DNA of 64,000 nucleotides from Prochlorococcus sp. AG-402-C09 (GCA_003279565.1 QCHN01000007.1:5855-69854), one strand, 5' to 3'. Counted from the stretch's first letter, positions 33,866-47,624 are shown. A program made the numbers and translations. Notes: generated by a model not told the origin, from the sequence alone.

Positions 33866-35275
33866 CTACGCCAATCTTGCTAGAAGCCAAGAAGCTGTTT
33901 TCAGGTAAATCAACACTCCTGCAACATCCGTAGCAGTGGTAATAAACGGAGCAGACATCAATGCGGGATCCAATCCCATGCGATCAAAAAGCAAAGGTAA
34001 AGAGGCACCTGCAGTAGCAGCAAGAGTTGCAATAGCTATCAAACTTATACCTACAGCTGTTGCAACCAAAGGCCCCTCTCCTTGCCACCAAGCAAAAGGC
34101 ACAACGAAAACAGCCATTAAAATTCCTAGCAAAGCTCCAGCCAATGATTCTTTCGCAATAACTCTCAATAGACCAAGTCGTTGAATTCGCTGAGTACTCA
34201 AACCTCGAATAACAACTGTTGAGCTTTGAGCCCCAACATTGCCACCCGCGCCAATTAATAACGGAATGAAAGCAGCCAATAAAACCACTTGTTTGAGAAC
34301 CTCATCATTCATAGCAATAACTTGAGTTGTTAATCCATTCGCCAAAACCAAAACAGCAAGCCAGACAATTCGACGACTAGCTACAACGAATAAATTGCTT
34401 TGGAAGTAATCGTCTTCATCACCAGCTTGCACTGCCCCCGCCGCATAAATATCCCTTGTTGCCTCTTGTTCAATAACATCAATCACGTCATCCACAGTAA
34501 CAATACCAACTAGTCTTTTTTCAAGATCGACAACAGGTAAAGCTAAAAAATCATATCTTTGAATTGCTCTTGCGACCTCTTCCTGATCAGTATCTGTTCT
34601 GACATTGACAACCTCTCTTGTCATAACTTCACCAATAAGTGCTCCAGGGTCAGCTACCACCAGATCCCGCAAAGATAAGATTCCAGTCAAGTGTCTCTCT
34701 TTATCTGTGACATAAAGGCTATAAATTGTTTCTGAAAAAGTCGCTCTTTGTCTGACAAGTTTCAATGCTTGAGAGACACTAAGAAATTCTTTAAGATCTA
34801 TAAATTCAGTAGTCATTAATCTGCCAGCTGTTTCAGATTCGTAACCCAAAAGTTGAGCAGTTACTCGTCTTTCCTCAGGACTAAGTTCTGCAAGTAAACG
34901 CCTAACAACTTTTGCAGGCAATTCATCAAAAAGACGTACCCGATCATCAGGCGACATCTCCTCCACCAAGTCGAGTACTTCATTTGATCTCAAGCGATCT
35001 AAAAGATTTTGTTGAACTGAGGGATCTAAATACTCATAAACTTCTATAGCTTCATTTTTATTTAATAGCCTGAATGCCAAGGCCTGCAAAATCAAGGGCA
35101 ATGTATCAATAGCCTGAGCTATATCAACAGGTTGTACAGGACTCAGAAGTGATTTAACGCCATCGTAATTCCCTGCCGAAAGCATTGCTTCTAATTGCTG
35201 TGCAACTGCCTCAGCGACCAAACTGCCATTCGCTAAAGATTGAGTTTCATTGGATGCCCCTAATTCTTCGTTCAT
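33866..35275 (-). CDS. mgtE: Magnesium transporter MgtE
   Basis: TAGRLMT plus CBS pair, GIVTVDD, GGNVGAQ, DPALMSAPFITT. Confidence 0.95.
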   Translation of the reverse strand: MNEELGASNETQSLANGSLVAEAVAQQLEAMLSAGNYDGVKSLLSPVQPVDIAQAIDTLPLILQALAFRLLNKNEAIEVYEYLDPSVQQNLLDRLRSNEVLDLVEEMSPDDRVRLFDELPAKVVRRLLAELSPEERRVTAQLLGYESETAGRLMTTEFIDLKEFLSVSQALKLVRQRATFSETIYSLYVTDKERHLTGILSLRDLVVADPGALIGEVMTREVVNVRTDTDQEEVARAIQRYDFLALPVVDLEKRLVGIVTVDDVIDVIEQEATRDIYAAGAVQAGDEDDYFQSNLFVVASRRIVWLAVLVLANGLTTQVIAMNDEVLKQVVLLAAFIPLLIGAGGNVGAQSSTVVIRGLSTQRIQRLGLLRVIAKESLAGALLGILMAVFVVPFAWWQGEGPLVATAVGISLIAIATLAATAGASLPLLFDRMGLDPALMSAPFITTATDVAGVLIYLKTASWLLARLA

Positions 35276-35337
35276 AATCGGAGCAACAAGCCTTTATTAT
35301 TTTATGGCTAACTTCCATTTTTGTTACTTCAATATCC

Positions 35338-35814
35338 ATGTCCGTAAATATCAGCAAAGTTGAAGTCCTCACTTTTGATAATGAAAAAATAACTTTTGAT
35401 CATTTCAAAGGAGATGTCTTATTGGTTGTAAATGTTGCAAGCAAGTGCGGATTTACAAAGCAGTATGAAGCTCTACAAAGTCTTCAAGACAAGTACGAAT
35501 CAAAAGGCTTCAGAGTTTTAGGTTTTCCATGCAATGACTTTGGAAACCAAGAGCCTGGAGAGTTAGGAGAGATAAAAAAATTCTGTTCAATGTCCTATGG
35601 AGCAAATTTTCAACTTTTCCAAAAAGTTCATGCAAAAGGTAATACAACAGAGCCATTTACAACATTGAATCAAGTCCATCCAACTGGTGATGTCGCCTGG
35701 AATTTCGAAAAATTTCTTATCAACAGAAAAGGTGAGGCTATCTCAAGGTTCAAAAGTGCAGTAGAACCTGACAGTATTGAAATTCAAAAAGCCATTGAAG
35801 ATTTACTTAACTAA
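35338..35814 (+). CDS. gpx: Glutathione peroxidase family protein (Cys type)
   Basis: NVASKCGFT, GFPCNDFGNQEPG, WNFEKFL. Confidence 0.94.
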   Translation: MSVNISKVEVLTFDNEKITFDHFKGDVLLVVNVASKCGFTKQYEALQSLQDKYESKGFRVLGFPCNDFGNQEPGELGEIKKFCSMSYGANFQLFQKVHAKGNTTEPFTTLNQVHPTGDVAWNFEKFLINRKGEAISRFKSAVEPDSIEIQKAIEDLLN

Positions 35815-36154
35815 TTAATAACTTCTTAGCAAACAAATCACCTATATAAATAGCAAATAATCCAATTAGCACAATTAAAACTGAATTCAAAAAAAATAAT
35901 TTATATGAACCTTTACTAATTAATTGGAATAATTGAAAAGACCAGCCACTAAATGTAGTTAGGGATCCACAAAAACCAAACCCAAAAATCAATTTGTATT
36001 TATTAGAAATAGGTAATGCATTTATAACTCCCAATAAAAAACAACCAATTATATTAACTATAAAGATATCATCAATTTGCCATCGAAATAAAGCACCAGT
36101 AACAGCTCCTATTGAAATATAAAAGAAATTATTCTTTTTAAGAAAATGACTCAT
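35807..36154 (-). CDS. crcB: Fluoride channel Fluc/CrcB
   Basis: GAVTGALFR, NIIGCF, GFCGSLTTFS. Confidence 0.9.
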   Translation of the reverse strand: MSHFLKKNNFFYISIGAVTGALFRWQIDDIFIVNIIGCFLLGVINALPISNKYKLIFGFGFCGSLTTFSGWSFQLFQLISKGSYKLFFLNSVLIVLIGLFAIYIGDLFAKKLLIS

Positions 36155-36157
36155 TTA

Positions 36158-36533
36158 TTAATTACCTAAAAAAGATCCCAAAAACAAGGCAATTATTCCT
36201 AAAGAAAAAGAAAGCATGAAAAGTTTTAATGCTCTAAAAAACTTAAATTTCATAAATAAATCAAATAAATCATAAATAAAAGTAGAAAAAGTACTTAAGC
36301 TTCCTAAAAAACCAATTAACAAAAACAATAATAATTGAGATGAAAAAGCTGAAGATCTTATCTTGGGTAAAACAGAAATAAACAAACCAAAAAGAAAAGA
36401 GGAAAAGGTATTTATTGCTAGAGTTATAAGATGTAAATTTATATTTATTTCCTTTAATCTTTGGTAAATTACAAATCTAGCATTAGCACCAAATACTCCA
36501 CCAATGGCAACCAAAATAATATCCTGGAATATA

Positions 36534-36547
<14 letters not shown>
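36158..36547 (-). CDS. crcB: Fluoride channel Fluc/CrcB (second subunit)
   Basis: GGVFGANARF, GFLGSLSTFSTF. Confidence 0.88.
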
Positions 36548-38881
<2,334 letters not shown>

Positions 38882-39011
38882 TTAGTTGAAACCTTTCCTG
38901 AAATTTCAATTTAACATTGGCATTAGGGAAAGTCTTTGGAAAATTCCAAAACCAAATCAAAACAATCAATTGTCATGCAATTACTGCTAATAAAACTTCA
39001 GAATATGAATT

Positions 39012-39911
39012 ATGCAACCCAATAAACCACTTGTGATAGCCCTCATGGGTCCGACTGCAAGCGGAAAAACCGAACTGGCAATTGATATTGCAAAAAAAAT
39101 CAAAACCAATATTCATAACATTGATTCACGGCAAATATACATCGATATGAATATTGGAACTGCAAAACCCACACCTGAACAACAACGACAAGTTCCTCAT
39201 TTTTTGATTGATTTATGCTTACCCACAAAACCAATCAATATTTATGAATTTCATTTACTAGCACGCACTTCCATGGAGGAAGAATTAAAAAAACGAAGCT
39301 TAATTTTACTTGTAGGAGGAAGTGGACTATACCTCCAATCATTGATTGGAGGACTTAATCCGCCAGGAGTTCCACCTCAAAAATTCTTAAGAAATCAACT
39401 TAATAGAATAGAGAAAAACGAAAGGCATAATTTATTAAAGTGTTGTGACCCAAAGGCTGCAGATCAAATACATCCCCAAGATTCAATAAGAACAGTAAGG
39501 GCTCTAGAAGTCTTTTATGCCACAGGAGAACGTTTTTCAAAGCAAAAAAATTCAACCCCTCCTCCATGGAAAATTTTAGAACTTGGCTTAAACCCTGAAA
39601 ATTTAGACACAAGAATCAAGCAAAGAACCGAAAAAATGTATAAAAGCGGATTGATTCAAGAAACTGAAAATTTGATTATGAAATACGGAAATGATTTACA
39701 GTTGCTAAAAACTATTGGATATGGTGAATCAAGGTCTATTATTAATGGAAAGATTAATTACGAGGAGGCTTTAGAAATAACAACCAAACGCACACTCCAG
39801 CTAGCCAAAAGACAAAAAACTTGGTTCAGGAATAAACATAATTCAAAATGGCTAAATAACGATAATGCTTTATCCGAAGCTTTATCCTCTATTTATGAGG
39901 TTCTAAGTTGA
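39012..39911 (+). CDS. miaA: tRNA dimethylallyltransferase
   Basis: [33 protein letters not shown]. Confidence 0.96.
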   Translation: MQPNKPLVIALMGPTASGKTELAIDIAKKIKTNIHNIDSRQIYIDMNIGTAKPTPEQQRQVPHFLIDLCLPTKPINIYEFHLLARTSMEEELKKRSLILLVGGSGLYLQSLIGGLNPPGVPPQKFLRNQLNRIEKNERHNLLKCCDPKAADQIHPQDSIRTVRALEVFYATGERFSKQKNSTPPPWKILELGLNPENLDTRIKQRTEKMYKSGLIQETENLIMKYGNDLQLLKTIGYGESRSIINGKINYEEALEITTKRTLQLAKRQKTWFRNKHNSKWLNNDNALSEALSSIYEVLS

Positions 39912-39970
39912 TACTTTCATATACGCTTAGAATTAGCACAAGAGGTTCTTTCCACCTAATTAGTTACTGA

Positions 39971-40579
39971 ATGCCACCACGTCCTCGTTTTGATCGTCGC
40001 GCTCCAGAAAGAGAGCTGCCAAACATTAATGAAAGAATCAGCTATCAAAATCTGAGAGTAGTTGATTCAGATGGCACACAACTTGGTGTCATTAGCCGTG
40101 AAGAGGCTTTAGAAGTTGCTAAGGAACGAGAGCTAGATCTTGTTTTAGTGAGCGAAAAAGCAACTCCGCCAGTTTGCAGGATTATGAATTATGGAAAATT
40201 TAAGTTTGAACAAGAAAAGAAAGCAAAAGAGGCTAAGAAAAAATCCCATCAAACTGAAGTTAAAGAAGTAAAAATGCGATACAAAATTGACCAACATGAT
40301 TATCAAGTTCGTATTAGTCAAGCCACTCGATTCTTGAAAGCTGGAGACAAAGTCAAATGTACAGTTATTTTCAGAGGTCGTGAAATACAACATACTGCTC
40401 TTGCCGAAACTCTTTTGAAAAGAATGGCCAATGATCTGGAAGAAAAAGCAGAAGTGCAACAATCCCCAAAGAGAGAGGGAAGAAATATGATTATGTTTTT
40501 AACTCCACGTAAAACTCCATTATTAAAGAAAGAAAAAAATGACACTGAACCCAAAAAAGCTTTGAGGACAATCAATTAA
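39971..40579 (+). CDS. infC: Translation initiation factor IF-3
   Basis: [34 protein letters not shown]. Confidence 0.97.
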   Translation: MPPRPRFDRRAPERELPNINERISYQNLRVVDSDGTQLGVISREEALEVAKERELDLVLVSEKATPPVCRIMNYGKFKFEQEKKAKEAKKKSHQTEVKEVKMRYKIDQHDYQVRISQATRFLKAGDKVKCTVIFRGREIQHTALAETLLKRMANDLEEKAEVQQSPKREGRNMIMFLTPRKTPLLKKEKNDTEPKKALRTIN

Positions 40580-40667
40580 CTTAAACAAAGTTGTCATTGG
40601 ACAAAAAAATAATTGTCACTTGCTATTCTTTTCATTAATGTCCACATTAAAACTTGTCATATAGCCT

Positions 40668-41657
40668 GTGAGATTCCACATACAACAAGAAAGTGAAATC
40701 CCTGCATCAAGTCAGTTATACAATCAAATTTGCTTTGCAATAGCAGCAAGGCATTATCCACCTGGACATAGGCTACCTAGCACTAGACAGCTAGCAATGC
40801 AAACAGGACTACATCGCAACACAATTAGCAAAGTTTACAGACAACTGGAAACTGATGGCGTAGTTGAGGCAATTGCAGGTTCAGGTATCTATGTTCGAGA
40901 TCAACAGAAGCAAAAAGATTTAAGAAATAGGTCTCCCTCAATACGTAAAAAAGTCGTCAAAGACATAGACAATGAGGTACGTAAAAGTATTGATGAACTT
41001 TTAAATGCGGGTTGCACCTTACAGCAAACCAGAGAATTATTTACTCATGAGATTGATTGGAGACTCAGATGCGGAGCACGTTTACTTGTTAGTACTCCAA
41101 GAGAAGATATAGGAGCATCATTGCTGATTGCAGAAGAGTTAGCCCCACATTTAGATGTACCTGTCGAGGTTGTCCCAATGGAGGAACTTGAAAGTGTTTT
41201 GGAAAGTTCAAGCAAAGGGACTGTCGTAACAAGTCGATATTTCTTACAACCATTAGAAGAGATAGCCAAACGTCATCAGGTCAGAGCTGTAGCAGTAGAT
41301 CTTAGTGATTTCCAAAAAGAACTAACAATTTTAAATAAACTCCGTTCAGGCAGTTGTGTTGGAATAGTAAGTATTAGCCCAGGAATACTTAGAGCAGCAG
41401 AGGTGATTTTGCATAGTATGCGCGGCAATGAAATTCTTCTTATGACTGCCAATCCTGATGTGGGAAGCCGTCTTATTGCTTTATTGAGAGCCGCAAGTCA
41501 CGTCATTTGCGATAGTCCGAGCCAACCTGTTATTGAACATACGTTGCGGCAAAATATATCTCAATTAATGAGAATGCCCCAAATCCACTGCGCAGATAGG
41601 TACCTGAGTGATTCCACAATAGAAGAATTACGTAAAGAAATAGGTCTTCTAGAGTAA
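40668..41657 (+). CDS. plmA: GntR family regulator, cyanobacterial PlmA subfamily
   Basis: N-terminal winged helix QLYNQI...LPSTRQLA...HRNTISKVYRQLE...GSGIYV; 329 aa; GTG start. Confidence 0.85.
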   Translation: MRFHIQQESEIPASSQLYNQICFAIAARHYPPGHRLPSTRQLAMQTGLHRNTISKVYRQLETDGVVEAIAGSGIYVRDQQKQKDLRNRSPSIRKKVVKDIDNEVRKSIDELLNAGCTLQQTRELFTHEIDWRLRCGARLLVSTPREDIGASLLIAEELAPHLDVPVEVVPMEELESVLESSSKGTVVTSRYFLQPLEEIAKRHQVRAVAVDLSDFQKELTILNKLRSGSCVGIVSISPGILRAAEVILHSMRGNEILLMTANPDVGSRLIALLRAASHVICDSPSQPVIEHTLRQNISQLMRMPQIHCADRYLSDSTIEELRKEIGLLE

Positions 41658-41675
41658 AAATTATATTTCTAATAA

Positions 41676-42425
41676 ATGTTTAGATCACTAAAGTCTGATT
41701 TTGCAATAATCAAGGAAAGAGATCCAGCAGCAAGAGGCTTTTGGGAAATAATATTGTGTTATCCAGGCTTTCAGGCTATTTCAATTCACAGAATTAGTCA
41801 CAAACTTTGGAAATATAATCTTCCAATACTTCCAAGGCTATTAAGCCATTTCACTAGATTCTTAACAGGGGTTGAAATTCATCCGGGTGCAAAAATTGGC
41901 AGAGGTGTTTTCATAGATCATGGAATGGGAGTAGTGATTGGGGAAACGAGTGAAATCGGAGATCGATGCTTGCTGTATCAAGGAGTCACTTTGGGTGGTA
42001 CTGGAAAAGAAAGTGGAAAAAGACACCCAACTCTTGAAGCCAATGTGGTTGTAGGAGCAGGAGCAAAAGTCCTTGGAGGAATTCACATAGGAACTAATAC
42101 AAGGATTGGAGCAGGGTCTGTAGTAGTAAAAAATGTTGAAAAAAATAGCACTGTAGTTGGCATCCCTGGAAGAGTTGTCCATCAAAGTGGAGTCAAAATA
42201 AACCCTCTGGCACATTCAGCATTACCTGACGCAGAAGGCAACGTCATTAAAAATCTTATGGATAGAATTGATCACTTAGAAAATCATATTATGGGATTAC
42301 AAGAGTTAATTGAAAAAAATAGTATCAATAAAAGAAATAAGGAAATTTTTATCAGTGAATCTCAAAATCTTAGAGATAAAGAAATTATTGATTTCATAGG
42401 AAGTTCAGAAGAAGAGACGCTCTAG
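41676..42425 (+). CDS. cysE: Serine O-acetyltransferase
   Basis: ERDPAA, TGVEIHPGA, FIDHGMG, GKRHPTL hexapeptide repeats. Confidence 0.96.
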   Translation: MFRSLKSDFAIIKERDPAARGFWEIILCYPGFQAISIHRISHKLWKYNLPILPRLLSHFTRFLTGVEIHPGAKIGRGVFIDHGMGVVIGETSEIGDRCLLYQGVTLGGTGKESGKRHPTLEANVVVGAGAKVLGGIHIGTNTRIGAGSVVVKNVEKNSTVVGIPGRVVHQSGVKINPLAHSALPDAEGNVIKNLMDRIDHLENHIMGLQELIEKNSINKRNKEIFISESQNLRDKEIIDFIGSSEEETL

Positions 42426-42448
42426 TAATTCAAATTTAATTAAGCGTC

Positions 42449-43249
42449 CTAAACTAAAAATGGAATTTTTTTTGATTGTAAATTTAAAGTTATAATAGAA
42501 AATATCAATCCTAAAATATTACAGAAAAATAATATAAATTGAGTTTGATAATTTGTACTAGACTCAATCAAGCTTGTACGTAAAGAATCAATTAAAATAT
42601 ATATAAAATTAATATTTGTTATCCAATTTAAATCTCCTAAGTTTTCTTTTTTATATAAAATAGGGGAAATCAAGAAAATCAATTGCATAACAATTGGAAC
42701 TAGTTGAGCAAAATCTGAAAAACGTAGACTTATTAGAGCAATAACCAAAGGAAACCAAAATAAAAAAATAAATAAATTAATAAATGGAATCCAAGATGAG
42801 ATTAGTAGGTTATAAAAAAGAGAGTTATTGAAAAACAAAAGAACTAGAAAAACTAATGAAAATGATTGAAAGAAAGTTTGCAGCTGAAAAGCCCATTCTT
42901 CAAGAACATAAAATATGGGCTTCAGTTTTAAGTTCTGTATATTTGATCTATTGTTAATAAAAAGCATAGGAGAACTAGAAATAGAAGAAGAAATAGAATT
43001 CCAAACTACAAGTCCAATTCCTAAATAGATTAAATAAGAGTTAAAATCAGAGACTGCAAAAACAGTCCCATAAACAACACCTAATGTAGCTATTGAGAGT
43101 AAGTTAGAAAATCCAAGCCAAAAACTACCAAGAGAAGTTCTTGCAAATCTTGCTCTTGTTCTTGATGTTGCAGTAAACCACCAAAGTTTTCTTGTTTGAA
43201 GTGAAAATTTAAAATTATCTCTAAACATTTTCATAATAATCACTTGCAT
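42449..43249 (-). CDS. wzm: ABC-2 polysaccharide exporter permease (Wzm); start may be ATG at 43234 or 43228
   Basis: RFARTSLGSFW (Wzm RYxxSxLGxxW), about six TM helices, QLIFLISPILY. Confidence 0.85.
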   Translation of the reverse strand: MQVIIMKMFRDNFKFSLQTRKLWWFTATSRTRARFARTSLGSFWLGFSNLLSIATLGVVYGTVFAVSDFNSYLIYLGIGLVVWNSISSSISSSPMLFINNRSNIQNLKLKPIFYVLEEWAFQLQTFFQSFSLVFLVLLFFNNSLFYNLLISSWIPFINLFIFLFWFPLVIALISLRFSDFAQLVPIVMQLIFLISPILYKKENLGDLNWITNINFIYILIDSLRTSLIESSTNYQTQFILFFCNILGLIFSIITLNLQSKKIPFLV

Positions 43250-44588
43250 GATAGTAATTTAATGCTTCGTTAAGATAACCATCATAAACAATAGAACCAT
43301 GATTAAAAACAATTCCTCTTGTACAAAATTGTCTAAGTAATTCTTCTGAATGACTAGCCAGAAAAAGTGTTCCAGCGGCATCAATAAAAGATTTCAGTCT
43401 CTTTTCAGCTCTCTCAAAAAATTCACTATCGCCTGTTCCGAAACCTTCATCAATAGCTAAACAATCATGCTCACAAGATGTTAAAAGAGAAAAAATCAAT
43501 CTCGCCGACATACCATCACTATATGTTTTAATTGGCAGAGAAATATAATCTCCTAAACCTGAAAAATCGATAATTTCTTTGAGATATTCATTAAATCCGT
43601 TTAGATTTCTATTCACTAATAGGTAGTGAGCTTTTGCAGCATCTATTCCGCTTAACTCATTACTAGTAAGAAAACTCTTTTGAAGCATAGGGTAAACATT
43701 AACACTTATCTTCATTCTTCCTGAAGTTAATGTATATATACCAGAAATAAGTTTTAAAAATGTACTTTTTCCCGAACCATTATGACCAATCAATGCGACT
43801 CTTTCTCCCTTGCCAAAAGTAATATTTAAATTAGATAATGCTTCTATATTAGTTTGGTTTTTATTAATTTTCAAACCTCCTCCTGTAAAAGGGACGGTAA
43901 TCGTATTTGCAATCATTTTGGTAAATTTTTTATTATTAGTAAAAATAGGTACTAACAAAGATAAATCTTCCATTTCAATAACAGGGTTATCTATTTTTAA
44001 CGGAGAGAATTGTAAAATCGAATTAATAATTTCTTTTACATCACTAAGATCATATAACTTTTCAAAAGTAACTTTACTTATAAAATCTACTCCAACAGAT
44101 AAAGCATTTCCAGATATCCAAGGATTTATAGATAACGGTTTATATAAACTAACTCCATTAATTGTTGAAGTTAATTCATTTGTAAATAATTCAGCAGATT
44201 CAACCTTATTCTCTAAAGTCTTTTTATCCTTTAGAGCTTGCTCAGAATTAGTTTGCTTGAGATTTAAGGATGACCAAATCAAATCGCAAGCTATATCTGA
44301 TACATTATGAACTCCAGACTCTATCGTTCCTAACCAATAACTTAATCCAGCAAAATCTGCCTTTCGATTATATAAATTAAGATATAATTTATTAATCTGA
44401 AAGTCTAAATCTTTTCCATGAATTAATGATTTTTTATATTCATTTTGAATTGATAAATAATTTGCTATCTCTCTTAGTTTTAAACCATTTTTTGCCTTTG
44501 CAAGCCAATACTTTAGTCCTGAGGGATCAGCTGGCCGACCAAAATAAGCAATATATAGTTGTTGTAATTTCTTAGAATCAACTTCCAT
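43221..44588 (-). CDS. wzt: Polysaccharide ABC exporter ATPase (Wzt) with N-terminal DUF4214/S-layer-anchor-like domain
   Basis: C-terminal half has Walker A GHNGSGKST, Wzt-type signature YSDGMSARL, Walker B LAIDEG and H-loop ASHS. The N-terminal ~190 aa (LYIAYFGRPADPSGLKYW) aligns with the N-terminus of 56000..60169. Confidence 0.88.
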   Translation of the reverse strand: MEVDSKKLQQLYIAYFGRPADPSGLKYWLAKAKNGLKLREIANYLSIQNEYKKSLIHGKDLDFQINKLYLNLYNRKADFAGLSYWLGTIESGVHNVSDIACDLIWSSLNLKQTNSEQALKDKKTLENKVESAELFTNELTSTINGVSLYKPLSINPWISGNALSVGVDFISKVTFEKLYDLSDVKEIINSILQFSPLKIDNPVIEMEDLSLLVPIFTNNKKFTKMIANTITVPFTGGGLKINKNQTNIEALSNLNITFGKGERVALIGHNGSGKSTFLKLISGIYTLTSGRMKISVNVYPMLQKSFLTSNELSGIDAAKAHYLLVNRNLNGFNEYLKEIIDFSGLGDYISLPIKTYSDGMSARLIFSLLTSCEHDCLAIDEGFGTGDSEFFERAEKRLKSFIDAAGTLFLASHSEELLRQFCTRGIVFNHGSIVYDGYLNEALNYYHASDYYENV

Positions 44589-44606
44589 TAATTTGAAAAA
44601 TATTTT

Positions 44607-47432
44607 TTATGAATTCACTTCTTTTTTAGATGGTTGAAACATAAACATTGAATAAATAACATTTCTTCTCATATTAATCATCATTTCTAAAAACATATCA
44701 TAACCCTCATTTTTGTATTCAATTAAAGGATCTTTTTGCCCATACCCTCTAAGACCAACTGACTCTCTCAAGGCATCCATCGATTGTAAATGCTCTCTCC
44801 ATAAGGTATCGAGTTGTTGAAGAATAAAAAATCTTTCAGCTTCTCGCATCATTCCTGGGTGAGATTCTTCTATTTTTGCTTCCTTTAAATCATATGCATT
44901 TCTCAACTCTTCTTTTAAATAACTTTTCAATTCATCTACATTTAATGATAATAAATTATCTGATTTTAAATCTTCCAATAGGTAAATAAATTCTTTTACT
45001 TTAGATACCAACTTTTCTAAATCCCATTCTTCTGGAGGAAGATCCTCGTTGACATAAGCTTCAACGATTTCTTCCATAGTACGTTCACCATATCCTAAAA
45101 CCTGTAACTTCAACTCCTTACCATCTAAAACTCTTCTTCTTTCTGTATAAACGGCTTTTCTTTGATTATTCATAACTTCATCATATTCAAAAATTTGTTT
45201 TCTTATGTCGTAATAATAAGTTTCAACTTTCTTTTGGGCTCCTTCTAGTGATCGAGTCAACATTCCTGATTCTATTGGCATATCTTCCTCAACTCTAAAT
45301 GCATTCATAAGACTTGCTACTCTGTCTCCTCCAAAAATTCTTAGCAGATTATCTTCAAGTGATAAGAAAAATCTTGTACTCCCCAAATCACCTTGCCTAC
45401 CTGATCTACCTCTTAATTGATTATCAACTCTTCTTGATTCATGTCTTTCAGTCCCAATAACATGTAATCCACCTACTTTTCTAACATTTTCCTCTTCATC
45501 TTTAATAAATTCTTGATATTCTTGCTTAATTAAATTAATTCCTTTTCTTAAAGAAGTAATATTTTCATCTTCGGTTGGACTTTTCTCAGCTGCAGTTGCA
45601 ATTCGATCATCTAATTGAATCGATGTAAGTGTTCTATCTCCCCAGGCCTTAACTAATTTAGCTATTAATTTACCAAGTTCTTGATCTGTTTCCTCTGATA
45701 AAGTAACTGGAAATAATTTATTTAAGGAATTTTTACTGTTATTAATTTTTTGGTTGATTTCAGTTGGTTGAAACCCAACTGATTCATTATTTCTTTGCAA
45801 TGGTAATGGTGGTTTATGTCCTTCTTCAGGTTTAATCAATCGCGAACTTAAAAGTTCTTTGATTTTTAATTTAGCCATATAATCGCTATTTCCACCAAGT
45901 ATGATGTCAGTCCCTCTACCAGCCATATTAGTCGCAATAGTAACGGCACCGGATCTTCCAGCTTGGGCAACTATTTCAGCTTCTCTCTGAACATTTTCTG
46001 GTTTAGCGTTTAACAAATTATGGGGAATTTGCTCTTCCTCCAAAAGAGAACTAATTAATTCACTTTTTTCGACACTCGTTGTTCCGACCAGTACTGGTCT
46101 TCCTTGCTGATGAATGAAAGAAATTTCTTTTGCAACAGCTCTCCATTTTGCTGATTCTGTCTTGAACACTTGATCAGTCCAGTCTTCTCGAGTAATGACT
46201 CTATTTGTAGGAATTGCTGTCGTTTGCAATTTATAGGTCTTTTCAAATTCAACTTCTTCTGTTTTAGCTGTGCCTGTCATTCCTGATAGACGAGGATATA
46301 AAAGAAAGAAATTTTGATAAGTTATTGAAGCAAGAGTTTGAGTCTCAGGCTGAATCTGAAGTTTTTCTTTTGCCTCAATGGCTTGATGTTGTCCATCGCT
46401 CCATCTTCTGCCTGGCATGACTCTTCCGGTAAATTCATCAACTATTACAGCTTCACCATCTCTGACTATATAGTTAGTATCTAAAGTAAAAAGTTCTTTA
46501 GCTTTCAAAGCATTGGTTACATAATGAGCCCATGGATCTTTTGGATCAAACAAATCTTTAACATCTAAAAGTTTCTCTGTTTTGGCAAAACCCTCGTCAG
46601 TCAATATGCAACTTCTTTGCTTTTCATCTACTTCATAATCTCCCTCTGGATCAATCCCATCTTTTGAGATTTCTTTAGATCTAGTCAATTTACTTACTAT
46701 AGATGCAGCCTTTTGATACTTTTCTTGCGGCCTTTCAACCTGTCCAGAAATAATTAAAGGAGTTCGAGCTTCATCAATCAAAATTGAATCAACTTCATCA
46801 ATAACACAAAATTGAAATGATCTTTGAACTACTTCACTTGCACTTGCAGCCATGTTATCTCGAAGATAATCAAAACCTAATTCTGAATTTGTAGCGTAAG
46901 TAATGTCGCACAAGTAATTTGTTCTGCGAGTCTGAGGAAGCATATCTTGCTGTATCAAACCTACTGAAAGTCCTAAGAAACGATGAATTTGTCCCATCCA
47001 TTCAGCGTCTCTTCTAGCTAAATAATCGTTAACCGTAACTACATGAACTCCTTTGCCAGTTAAAGCATTTAAAAAAGTTGGCAAAGTCGAAACCAAGGTT
47101 TTACCTTCCCCAGTTTTCATTTCAGCTATCTGACCTTCATGCAATACCATTCCTCCCATCAACTGAACATCAAAATGTCTCATCCCCAAAACTCTTTTAG
47201 AAGCTTCCCTAACAACAGCAAATACATCAGGAAGTAGCTCATCCATCAAAGACAATTCTGCTGAGGATCCATTAGCTTTTTCCAGTTTCAAGCGAAAATC
47301 TATTACTTGACTCCTCAGCTCATCATCTGAAAGCGAAGCATAATCTTCTTCAAGGATATTAATGTCAGAAACTATAGGAGCATATCTCCTTAATTTACGT
47401 GCGTTCGGATCTCCAAGAAGTCGTTTAAGCAT
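44607..47432 (-). CDS. secA: Preprotein translocase SecA
   Basis: [49 protein letters not shown]. Confidence 0.98.
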   Translation of the reverse strand: MLKRLLGDPNARKLRRYAPIVSDINILEEDYASLSDDELRSQVIDFRLKLEKANGSSAELSLMDELLPDVFAVVREASKRVLGMRHFDVQLMGGMVLHEGQIAEMKTGEGKTLVSTLPTFLNALTGKGVHVVTVNDYLARRDAEWMGQIHRFLGLSVGLIQQDMLPQTRRTNYLCDITYATNSELGFDYLRDNMAASASEVVQRSFQFCVIDEVDSILIDEARTPLIISGQVERPQEKYQKAASIVSKLTRSKEISKDGIDPEGDYEVDEKQRSCILTDEGFAKTEKLLDVKDLFDPKDPWAHYVTNALKAKELFTLDTNYIVRDGEAVIVDEFTGRVMPGRRWSDGQHQAIEAKEKLQIQPETQTLASITYQNFFLLYPRLSGMTGTAKTEEVEFEKTYKLQTTAIPTNRVITREDWTDQVFKTESAKWRAVAKEISFIHQQGRPVLVGTTSVEKSELISSLLEEEQIPHNLLNAKPENVQREAEIVAQAGRSGAVTIATNMAGRGTDIILGGNSDYMAKLKIKELLSSRLIKPEEGHKPPLPLQRNNESVGFQPTEINQKINNSKNSLNKLFPVTLSEETDQELGKLIAKLVKAWGDRTLTSIQLDDRIATAAEKSPTEDENITSLRKGINLIKQEYQEFIKDEEENVRKVGGLHVIGTERHESRRVDNQLRGRSGRQGDLGSTRFFLSLEDNLLRIFGGDRVASLMNAFRVEEDMPIESGMLTRSLEGAQKKVETYYYDIRKQIFEYDEVMNNQRKAVYTERRRVLDGKELKLQVLGYGERTMEEIVEAYVNEDLPPEEWDLEKLVSKVKEFIYLLEDLKSDNLLSLNVDELKSYLKEELRNAYDLKEAKIEESHPGMMREAERFFILQQLDTLWREHLQSMDALRESVGLRGYGQKDPLIEYKNEGYDMFLEMMINMRRNVIYSMFMFQPSKKEVNS

Positions 47433-47624
47433 TAACTATTTATTCAGAAACTATGTTTTTATATTTTACGCTATTGAAATTAATTATAAGCAATCTCAAG
47501 TTTTACCAGATTATCAAGTTACCTAGTAGTCGATCCACATTAAAGCAGCCACAAAAATAATTCTTTTGAGTCCTCTAACTCATCTAGACGATCAAGTACA
47601 ATAATATTTAGAAGCTTATGAGAA

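Noticed and set aside
35338-35814. Selenocysteine in the glutathione peroxidase
   Set aside because: The active-site codon is TGC (Cys) and there is no in-frame TGA.
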